Source: an uncultured Actinomycetes bacterium
GTDB lineage: Bacteria; Actinomycetota; Thermoleophilia; RBG-16-64-13
Direction of reading: 5' to 3'
Length of the DNA: 64,000 nucleotides
NCBI GenBank assembly: GCA_963841735.1
Contig: CAWJDT010000001.1
Coordinates: 1,184,001-1,248,000, forward strand
Both the position numbers and the translations under genes were made by a program. Numbering within the stretch: the first letter of the stretch is position 1; each line of letters starts with the position of its first letter. Below the pieces are notes generated by a model. That model made no database searches. It was not told the origin of the DNA and worked only from the letters and a program-made list of their open reading frames with translations. This document shows, piece after piece, positions 42,378 through 50,532 of this stretch.

Positions 42378-42853
42378 CAGGTCTCCGGGGGAGCCTTGGG
42401 TGCGTCGGCCTCAGGCACGGCCGCGAGGCCGGCCGTCGCCCTAGGCGCACCGGCGGCCAGTAACTCGCCGATGGTCGCGATGAGCTGGGTTTGGTCGAGC
42501 GGTTTATCGAAGTAGGCGTCCACGCGCATCTGGGCGCGGTCTTCGTCGGTGCGGGGCCTGAAGTCGAGGCCCAGCGCGCTCGAAACCGACGTGGCGATAA
42601 TGACGGGTATGTCCGCGTAGCGCGGATCTTCTTTGATGGTGCGGGCGAAGAAGAAGCCGGAGTCGAGACTGGTCATCATGAGGTCGGTGATGACCAGGTC
42701 GGGCTTCTCTTCGGCCATGCGCATGAGGGCCTGCATCGGTTCGGCCGCCGTCACCACCCGATAGCCCGCCCGCTCCAGGATGTGGCGATTGATCTCAAGA
42801 AAGTCGTAGTCGTCATCGACGACCAAGATCAATGCAGACTCACGTGTGGTCAT
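42377..42853 (-). CDS. Single-domain response regulator
   Basis: ILVVDDD, VITDLMM, ATS, DKPLD. Confidence 0.92.
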   Translation of the reverse strand: MTTRESALILVVDDDYDFLEINRHILERAGYRVVTAAEPMQALMRMAEEKPDLVITDLMMTSLDSGFFFARTIKEDPRYADIPVIIATSVSSALGLDFRPRTDEDRAQMRVDAYFDKPLDQTQLIATIGELLAAGAPRATAGLAAVPEADAPKAPPET

Positions 42854-42854
42854 G

Positions 42855-42911
42855 GCGTCCTCACAGCGTCCTCACAATAACACTCGCGTCACCGCCCCGG
42901 GGCGGTGACGC
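42855..42911. repeat. Intra-operon perfect 26-bp palindrome plus tandem 11-nt duplication of the RBS
   Basis: GCGTCACCGCCCCGGGGCGGTGACGC (42886-42911); GCGTCCTCACA x2 (42855-42876). Confidence 0.85.
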
Positions 42912-42939
42912 CCCGGGGCTTCTCGACACTACTCGGTTC

Positions 42940-44713
42940 TTAGACTCTGTCCTTCCCCGTGTACTCGGTGTGCAGCAACTCGTGCGACTTGTGTCCCAGG
43001 GGTTCGCCCAGGAACTCCTCATAGAGGGCCTGCACATCGGGGTTCTCGTGCGACTTGCGCAGCTCGCGGCCCTCGTCTTCGGCGTAGATGGCGCGGATGC
43101 GGGCTTCTCGCACCGCATCGGAGGTCAGGCGGGGCTGGCCGCCGCCGCCGATGCAGCCACCGGGGCAGGTCATCACTTCGACGAAGTGGTAGTCGGCCTC
43201 ACCACTGCGGATGCGGTCGACCACCTTCTGGGCGTTGGACAGCCCGTGGGCGACGGCCACCTTGAGGGTGGCTCCCTTGAGGAACGACCACGCGGGCACT
43301 GTCTCCTCGATGGTCACCGAGGCTTCCTTGACGCCTTCGAGCCCGGCGATGGGGGCCACGTGGAGGTTGGCGAAGGGGAACGGCTTGCCGGTGACAATCT
43401 CATAAGCGGTGCGGAGGGCGGCTTCCATGACTCCACCGGTGACGGCGAAGATATCGGCTGCGCCTGTGGACATGCCGAGCGGGCGGTCCATCTTCTGTTC
43501 GGGCAGATTGGGGAAGTCGATGCCGGCCATCTTGATCATGCGGGCGAGTTCGCGGGTAGTGAGCACCATGTCGACGTCTGGGACGCCGTCACGGCTCATC
43601 TCCGGACGGGCGCACTCGAACTTCTTGGCGGTGCAGGGCATCACCGACACCACCACGATGTCCTCAGGAGCCATGCCCAGCTTCTCGGCGTAGTAGGTCT
43701 TGGCCAGCGCGCCGAACATCTGCTGGGGCGACTTGCAGGTGGAGAGGTTGGCCAGCATGTCGGGGTTGTAGTGCTCCATGTAGTTGATCCAACCGGGGGA
43801 GCAACTGGTGAACATGGGCAGGGCCACGTCCTCACCGTCTACCAGGGCCTTCTTGAGCCGGGTGAGCAGCTCGGTGCCCTCTTCCATGATGGTGAGGTCG
43901 GCGGTGAAGTTGGTGTCGAACACCGCGTCGAATCCGAGCCGTCGGAGGGCCGTGACCATCTTGCCGGTGACGACGGTGCCGGGCTCGAAGCCGAACTCCT
44001 CGCCTAGGGCGCCGCGGATGGCCGGCGCGGTCTGTACGATCACGTGCTTGCTGGGATCGTCAAGGGCCGCCCACGCACGGTCGACAGCTGCAGTTCTCGC
44101 TGATGGCCCCCACCGGGCACACGGCGGCGCACTGGCCGCACTGCACGCAGACCACGTCGCTGAGGTCGCTTGCGAACGCCGGTCCGATGAGGGTGGTGAA
44201 CCCGCGGCCCTGAGCGAAGAGCGCGCCGACACCCTGGATGTCGTTGCAGGCAGTAACGCAGCGCCGACATCCCACGCACTTGCCGGTGTCGCGCACCAGC
44301 GCGGGGGTGGAGGTGTCGATGAGCTTGCGGGTGCGCTCGCCTTGGTAGGCGATATCTACCACGTGTAGGTCGAGCGCCAGCTTGCGCAACTCGCAGTCAC
44401 CGCTGCGGACACAGGCGTAACAGTCGCCGTCATGCTCCGACAGGATCAGCTGGAGCACGGCGTGTCGCGCGCGCCGGGCACGGGGGGTGTTGGTGTGTAC
44501 CACCATGCCTTCGGTGGCGGGCTGGGTGCACGAGGCCACCAGAGTGCGGGCCCCCTCTATCTCCACCAGGCAGATGCGGCAGGCGCCTATGGCCTGCACG
44601 CCTTTCAGGTAGCACAGGGTGGGGACCTTGGCACCGACCTGCTGGCAGGCGTCCAGAACGGTAGTGCCTTCGGGCACCTGGGTCTTGATTCCGTCTACAG
44701 TCAGGGTTGGCAT
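42940..44713 (-). CDS. hydA: [FeFe]-hydrogenase catalytic subunit, group A (copy 2; frameshift near 44090)
   Basis: N-terminal FeS domains in ORF 44060-44713; H-domain (FTSCSPGW, MPCTAKKFEC, EVMTCPGGCIGGGGQP) in ORF 42940-44232; joined by removing one base. Confidence 0.93.
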
Positions 44714-47700
44714 TACTCCACGTCTCCTTGCGCATCAGCAGTGGCCGGCGCCGCTGTGGCGGCGGCCCCAGCGGGGATCTTGCCGTAGTCGCAGCGCAGG
44801 CAGCGCTTGGCCTCGGCACAGGCGGTTTCGAGGTCCCAGGAGAGCTCTACCTCGTCGAAGGTGCAGGCTCGGGCCTGGGCGTCCAGGCACACGACGGCCG
44901 CCCGCGGTGTGGCCACCGGGTCGGCGTCGGGGTCGAAGAACACGTCCACGGCGACGTCCTGGCGCCAGAAGGCGTGGTCGGAACCGGTGAGGTACCTGTC
45001 GATGGCCACGGCGGCACGCTCACCCGCGGCTATTGCCTCTACCACGGAGGCCGGGCCGGTCACCACGTCGCCTCCGGCGAACACCCAATCGAGATTGGTG
45101 GCCCCAGTCTGGGCGGCGGCCTTGATCCAGCCGTTGTCCATCTCGATAGGAAGATCACCGGTGAGCGTCCGTGGCTCGGGTGCCTGGCCGACAGCACCGA
45201 TGACCTGGTCGCAAGGCACGATGAAGCTGGGTTCCCGTCCTGCCACCGGACGGCGACGGCCGCTGCTGTCGTAGTCGCCCAGAACCATCTTGCGGCAGAG
45301 CACGCCAGTTACTTTGCCCTCCGCGTCATGTCTTATGGTCTCGGGGGCCGTCAGGGGCAACAGAGTGATGCCCTCTTCGTCGGCGGCAAGGATCTCCTCG
45401 GCCCAGGCGGGCATCTGCTCGCGCTGGCGCCGGTACAGGATGTTCACGTGCTTGGCACCCAGGCGGAGTGCGGTGCGGGCGGCGTCGATGGCGGAGTTGC
45501 CTCCTCCGACCACTGCCACTTCGGTGCCCACTTTCGCGGCACCGTTGACGTTGTACTCACGCAGGAAGGCAAGCGCGTCGGTGACTCCCTCGCCGGTTCC
45601 CTCTCCCTCTTCTCTGGAGAGGCCCAGGCCGAGACCGTTCGGGGCGCCTATGCCCAAGAAGGCTGCGTCGTATCCCTGGTTACGGAGGGCGGCCAGGGTG
45701 AAGTCGCGACCAAGCGCCTTGCCTGTCTCGATGGTCACGCCCATGGCTTGGATCATGCTGATTTCGCGTCCCAATTCCTCACGAGGCAGCCTGTAGGCCG
45801 GGATGGCCTGCACAAGCATGCCTCCCGCGCTGGCTTCCTTCTCGAAGATGGTGGGCGCGTATCCCAACCGGGCCAGGAAGTAGGCGCAGGAGAGGCCGGC
45901 CGGGCCGCCGCCGATGATGGCGATCTTCTTGGCGGCGTTCACGGCGCTCTTCTCTACCCGAGGAAGCTGCGCTTTGGTCTCCTGCTCGGTCATGAAGCGC
46001 TTGAGGCCGCGGATGGCCACCGGGTCGTCGAGCGAGCCGCGTTGGCACTTGCTCTCGCAGGGGTGGAAGCAGACCCGGCCGCAGATGCTGGCCAGCGGGT
46101 TGCGTTCCCTGTGCAGTCTCAGGGCTTCGTCGAAGCGCTCTTCACCGATCAGGCTCACGAATCCGGGCACGTTAACGGAGGCAGGGCAGGCGTTGGTGCA
46201 CTTGGCGGTGAACATGCTGGAGCAGACGCCGGCTTCGCAACGGTGGTTGCGGATGTGGGCCTCGAACTCCTTGCGGAAGTAGCGGATGTTGGCAAGCACC
46301 GGGTTGGGGGCGGTCTGACCGAGGCCGCAGAGGGCGGTGTCCTTGATCACCTTGCCCAGCTCCTCCAGCTTCTCGATGTCGCCCTCTTCGCCCCGGCCGT
46401 TGCAGATGCGGGTAACGATCTCGAGCATCCGCTTGGTTCCCACCCGGCACGGCACGCACTTGCCGCAGCTCTCCTCTTGGGTGAACTCCAGGAAGAAGCG
46501 GGACATGTCGACCATGCAGCTGTCTTCGTCCATGACGATGAGGCCGCCGGAGCCCATGATGGCCCCCAGCTCCTGCACTGATTCATAGTCTACCGGCACG
46601 TTGAGGTGCTGGCGGGGGATGGAGCCGCCCGACGGACCGCCCAGTTGGACGGCCTTGAACTGCTTGCCGCCCGGGATGCCGCCCGCTATCTCGTAGATGA
46701 TGTCGCCCAGGGGGATGCCCATGTCGACTTCCACCAGACCCACGTTGTTGACCTTGCCCGAGAGGGCGAAGATCTTGGTGCCGGGACTCTTCTCGGTGCC
46801 GGCCGTGCGGAACCAGCCGGCGCCCAGTCGGATGATGCCGGGCACGGTGGCCAGAGTCTCGACGTTGTTGAGCACCGAAGGCTTGCCCCACAGCCCTTTC
46901 TGGGCCGGGAACGGCGGGCGCGGCCGAGGCTCGCCCCGCTTCCCCTCTATGGAGGTCATGAGGGCCGTCTCTTCGCCGCAGACGAAAGCGCCCGAACCTT
47001 GGGCGATCTTGATATCGAAGTCGAAGTCGCTGCCGAGGATGTTCTTGCCGAGCAGACCGTAATCGCGCAGGGCTTCGATGGCCACCCCGAGACGCTCCAG
47101 GGCCAGAGGGTACTCGGCCCGGCAGTATATGTAGCCTTCGTGGGCGCCTATCGCCCGTGCGCCGATCATCATGCCCTCGAGCACCGCGTGAGGGTCGCTC
47201 TCCAGGATGCTGCGGTCCATGAACGCGCCGGGGTCACCCTCGTCCGCGTTACAGAGGATGTACTTCTGGTCGCCGGGGGCCTTGGCGCAGAACTGCCACT
47301 TGAGACCGGTGGGGAAGCCGGCGCCACCGCGGCCGCGCAGTCCGCTGCTCATGATCTCCTCGGCGATGCCCTGGGGCGTCATCTCTGTGAGGGCTTTGGC
47401 CAGAGCCGCATAACCATCGTTGGCGATGTACTCGTCGATCTTCTCGGCGGCGATGCGTCCCTTGTTGCGGAGCACGCGCAGGTTCTGCCGGGCGAAGAAG
47501 GGGATGTCCTTGAACAGAGGGATGCGCGCCTGGGTAGTGGGGTGCTCGTACATGAGCCGTTCGACGGGGCGGCCTTTGACGATGTGCTCAGCTACGATCT
47601 CGGCCGTGTCTTCGGGGGTGACCTTGTTGTAGAACACGCCGCCAGGGTAGATGACCATCAGCGGGCCGCCGGCGCAGAAGCCGTTGCAGCCGGTCTCTAT

Positions 47701-47841
47701 GACACTCACTTCGTCGGCGACGTTCTGGAGCGCCAGTTGCTCCAAGAGGGTAACCTTGACACGTTCGGCTCCTGAGGAGAGGCAGGCGGTGCCGAAGCAC
47801 ATCATGATGTGAATGTGAGGGGTCTTCGTAGCGCCCTTCAT
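44713..47841 (-). CDS. HydB/HndC-like subunit fused to GltD/NfnB-like FAD/NADP(H) oxidoreductase
   Basis: Thioredoxin-like [2Fe-2S] N-terminus, NADEGDPGAFMDR, GAFVCGEET, GGPSGG, ESCGKCVPCR; then CTNACP..CGRVCFHPCE, GGGPAG, GGGNSAID, YRR, GDVVTGP, EAKRCLRC. Confidence 0.9.
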   Translation of the reverse strand: MKGATKTPHIHIMMCFGTACLSSGAERVKVTLLEQLALQNVADEVSVIETGCNGFCAGGPLMVIYPGGVFYNKVTPEDTAEIVAEHIVKGRPVERLMYEHPTTQARIPLFKDIPFFARQNLRVLRNKGRIAAEKIDEYIANDGYAALAKALTEMTPQGIAEEIMSSGLRGRGGAGFPTGLKWQFCAKAPGDQKYILCNADEGDPGAFMDRSILESDPHAVLEGMMIGARAIGAHEGYIYCRAEYPLALERLGVAIEALRDYGLLGKNILGSDFDFDIKIAQGSGAFVCGEETALMTSIEGKRGEPRPRPPFPAQKGLWGKPSVLNNVETLATVPGIIRLGAGWFRTAGTEKSPGTKIFALSGKVNNVGLVEVDMGIPLGDIIYEIAGGIPGGKQFKAVQLGGPSGGSIPRQHLNVPVDYESVQELGAIMGSGGLIVMDEDSCMVDMSRFFLEFTQEESCGKCVPCRVGTKRMLEIVTRICNGRGEEGDIEKLEELGKVIKDTALCGLGQTAPNPVLANIRYFRKEFEAHIRNHRCEAGVCSSMFTAKCTNACPASVNVPGFVSLIGEERFDEALRLHRERNPLASICGRVCFHPCESKCQRGSLDDPVAIRGLKRFMTEQETKAQLPRVEKSAVNAAKKIAIIGGGPAGLSCAYFLARLGYAPTIFEKEASAGGMLVQAIPAYRLPREELGREISMIQAMGVTIETGKALGRDFTLAALRNQGYDAAFLGIGAPNGLGLGLSREEGEGTGEGVTDALAFLREYNVNGAAKVGTEVAVVGGGNSAIDAARTALRLGAKHVNILYRRQREQMPAWAEEILAADEEGITLLPLTAPETIRHDAEGKVTGVLCRKMVLGDYDSSGRRRPVAGREPSFIVPCDQVIGAVGQAPEPRTLTGDLPIEMDNGWIKAAAQTGATNLDWVFAGGDVVTGPASVVEAIAAGERAAVAIDRYLTGSDHAFWRQDVAVDVFFDPDADPVATPRAAVVCLDAQARACTFDEVELSWDLETACAEAKRCLRCDYGKIPAGAAATAAPATADAQGDVE

Positions 47842-48246
47842 CAGTGCTCACTCCCGAAGCTGAGCACGTATTGGGGAACGAGCTTCCCTTCGATGATGTT
47901 CTTCTGCCAGATCTCTCGGGCCTTGTCGGCGCTCGAGAGCGCCGTAGATGACTTTGGGTTGGTCGAGTACCTCGACTGTCATCACGGGCTCGTGCTCGCA
48001 GGCGCCGATGCACCCGGAAGTGGTCACTCGGATGTCGAGACGCTCCGAGGCCGCAAGCTCTGTAATCAGGGCCGACAGGACCTCGCGGGAACCGCTCGCT
48101 ATGCCACAGGTGCCCATGTGTACGGTGACCAGCGCGTGGTAACCGTCTTCGCGGAGCGCGTTCTCCCTCTGCGTCTTCTCCTTGATCGCAAGAAGATCGG
48201 CCAGTCCTTTGATCTTGTGGGAGCCGGCATCGTCAACTGGCGACAT
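47841..48246 (-). CDS. Thioredoxin-like [2Fe-2S] ferredoxin (HndB/HydD-like; frameshift near 47934)
   Basis: VHMGTCGIASG, SGCIGACEHEP; removing one base gives ..ADKAREIWQKNIIEGK..* with TGATG coupling to the next gene. Confidence 0.85.
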
Positions 48247-48784
48247 TCTCGATCACCTCTTCCTGCTCGTAGTAGGGGGCGAGCATCTGGCCGACACGAG
48301 AGGCCCGCACCCGCCGGTGTACGTCTTCGTCGATGGAGACCGCCGGCGCCAAGCCGCAGGCTCCGAAGCAGCGCGCCACTTCAAGGGAGAACATCCGATC
48401 CTCGGTGGTCTCGCCTACGTCGATGCCAAGTTTGTCTCTAACAGCGTCCAGAACCTGGAGACCACCGCGGACGTAGCAGGCCGTACCCAGGCAGACTCTG
48501 ATGATGTGCTTGCCTCGAGGAGTGGTGGAGAAGAACGAGTAGAAGCTCACTACCCCGGCTACCTCGCTGTAGGGCTTCTTCATCTGCCGGGCGATGTGCT
48601 TGAGGGCGAACTCGGGGAGATAGCCGCAGATGCCCTGGGCCTGTTGGAGCACGGGGATGAGTGCTCCGGGCTTGTCCTTGTATCGCCCTATGACTTCGTC
48701 GAGCCTGGCCACCAACTCCTCTTCGGAGACCTCGTCGCAGCAGCCCTCGCAACTGCTTCCGTTTGTCTTGCTCTCGTCGGGCAT
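48233..48784 (-). CDS. hydC: NuoE-like [2Fe-2S] subunit (HndA/HydC)
   Basis: Own SD (AAGGGAG) and ATG 48784; ALIPVLQQAQ, VVSFYSFF, CLGTAC, CFGACGLAP. Confidence 0.9.
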   Translation of the reverse strand: MPDESKTNGSSCEGCCDEVSEEELVARLDEVIGRYKDKPGALIPVLQQAQGICGYLPEFALKHIARQMKKPYSEVAGVVSFYSFFSTTPRGKHIIRVCLGTACYVRGGLQVLDAVRDKLGIDVGETTEDRMFSLEVARCFGACGLAPAVSIDEDVHRRVRASRVGQMLAPYYEQEEVIENVAS

Positions 48785-48786
48785 AT

Positions 48787-49324
48787 TTACGACTCCCTTG
48801 TCGGTTGGTTCATTGATCGGAGGCCCGGCCGCTCGCTCGGCGGGGCGGTGTGAAGCAAGCCTTGCGGCTGCCTCTTTGGGCGGTGCGTGGTCGAGGGGCG
48901 GCGTGAACTGGTCGCCCGCTAGGGATATGGTGAACTCGATCTGCGGATTGGTCGCGGCAGTGACGATCATGGTGGTGGCCACATCTCCCAGCGGGGGACG
49001 GTCCACATGGTTCAGGCGCATGAAGGTCTCCACTCGCACGCCCCCCAAGGACGGTGAAGGTTGGACGGTCAGGTCACCGCCGGCCGCCTGAGCTTCGGCC
49101 CTAAGGAGGCTGAGGCCCAGCCCGGTCTTCTTGCCGGGCTTGGTGGTGTAGAACGGGTCGAGGGTCTGTTCTGGGGTGGCGGCGAGACCGCTGCCGTCGT
49201 CGTCGACGGTGAGCCGAAGCGTGTCGGATCTCTGGTCCATGAACAGGCCTATGTCCATATGTGTCGCACCCGCGCGCGCCGAGTTCTCGAGCACCTCGAG
49301 TAGATAGAGGGATAGGTCATGCAC
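48787..49324 (-). CDS. HATPase_c kinase-like ATP-binding protein (reads in frame into hydC as assembled)
   Basis: MHDLSLYLLEVLENS, DDGSG, DPFYTT, GLGLSLL, HVDRPPLGD. Confidence 0.8.
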
Positions 49325-50111
49325 GGGCCACGCTCCGGTCTTGAGCTCCGGCGAAGGCCAGTAGCAGCTCGGCGAAGGTGGGCTCGGCCAGGCGCAGCGC
49401 GGTGGCCGCCGCGCCGATGTCGACCGGGTAGTGCGCGTCGGAGGCGCCGGTTACCGGCAGGCCTCGGAGGGCGGGAGTGTCGAGCAGCGTTGAGGTCGGC
49501 GCGAAGTGGCGTGAGACCTCGATGCCGTCGAAGCCTGCATCTTCGGGGAAGAACCCCAGTTGGGAGAATACGCTGAAGGCCTTGCGGTCCACATGCGCGG
49601 CGATGGCCAGTCCGCCCCGACTGTGGATAAGCTCCACCGCTTCGCTTAGGTCGAGGGAGGTGGCGCTCGCCAGTTCTACAGTCTCTTGGCCGGTGACGTA
49701 GCCGTCGGCGGTGAGCAATTGCTGTTCCCCGAAGAACGCGTAGTACTTTTCATCGGCCCGGGGCAGCATGCCGCTCAGTGTGGCGGCGACGCTCTCGACT
49801 GCCGAAAGGTCAGGGAACAAGGCAAGAACATGCACCTCTTCCAGGGAGGCGATCTCCATTCCTGGTATTACGGTAAGACCACCACCGGCAGCTTCGGCCG
49901 CTTGTTGGACGGCCGCCACGTTGCCCGCCGAGTTGTGGTCGCAGACGGCAATCATGTCAAGCCCCGCCTCCAGAGCGCTCCGCACGATGGTGGGCGGAGT
50001 CATTTGCTCCGACCCGCAGGGCGAGAGCGCCGAGTGGATGTGCAGATCGGCCCGGAACGTGCGCAGACGTGCGTCCAAGGGTGAGGACCCGGCTGTGGAC
50101 CCGGCACTCAA
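49317..50111 (-). CDS. PHP-domain phosphoesterase
   Basis: DLHIHSALSPC, CDHN, GMEI..EEVH, AHVDR, SDAH; start uncertain. Confidence 0.88.
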   Translation of the reverse strand: MSAGSTAGSSPLDARLRTFRADLHIHSALSPCGSEQMTPPTIVRSALEAGLDMIAVCDHNSAGNVAAVQQAAEAAGGGLTVIPGMEIASLEEVHVLALFPDLSAVESVAATLSGMLPRADEKYYAFFGEQQLLTADGYVTGQETVELASATSLDLSEAVELIHSRGGLAIAAHVDRKAFSVFSQLGFFPEDAGFDGIEVSRHFAPTSTLLDTPALRGLPVTGASDAHYPVDIGAAATALRLAEPTFAELLLAFAGAQDRSVARA

Positions 50112-50154
50112 GCATGGCATCCTTCCGTAAGGGACTTGGCTGTGGGGGCGCCGG

Positions 50155-50532
50155 TCATGCGCCGCCGCCCCTGATGCCCAACTCGTAGAGGCGGCCTGCC
50201 AGGTCGAACGTATCGGCGCGAGAGACGTAGAGCGCAAGGCCCTCCTCGGTCGCCCTCGCGATGACATCGGGCTCGGGAGTCCGCCCGCACGAGAAGATCA
50301 CCCCGTGAAGCCCTGCGTGGCTGGCCACGGCGATGACGTTGAGGTGCACCTGTAGAGTGATCAGGATCCCGCCGGTGGGAGCGTTGGCCAGCACGTCGCT
50401 CAGTAGGTCGGAGGCGTAGGCCCGGGTGATGTCGGCGTCGACCGCGGGGTTGTCCCCTTCTCCGGCCGGTCGCTCTAGGCCGGGAGTCAGCGCTTGAAGA
50501 TCAAGGACTTGAGCCAGCTCTTGCAGTCTCAT
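50155..50532 (-). CDS. DRTGG-domain protein
   Basis: YASDLLSDVLA, ITLQVHLNVIAVA, TFDLAGRLY. Confidence 0.85.
   Translation of the reverse strand: MRLQELAQVLDLQALTPGLERPAGEGDNPAVDADITRAYASDLLSDVLANAPTGGILITLQVHLNVIAVASHAGLHGVIFSCGRTPEPDVIARATEEGLALYVSRADTFDLAGRLYELGIRGGGA

Noticed and set aside
44707-46581. Long antisense ORFs (624 aa here; also 20209-21969, 7685-8938, 13344-14450 and others)
   Set aside because: They mirror well-supported genes on the opposite strand, as expected from high-GC codon bias, and show no motifs
36961-48784. NuoE/NuoF homologues as respiratory complex I
   Set aside because: No membrane or other nuo genes are present; they are coupled to hydA genes
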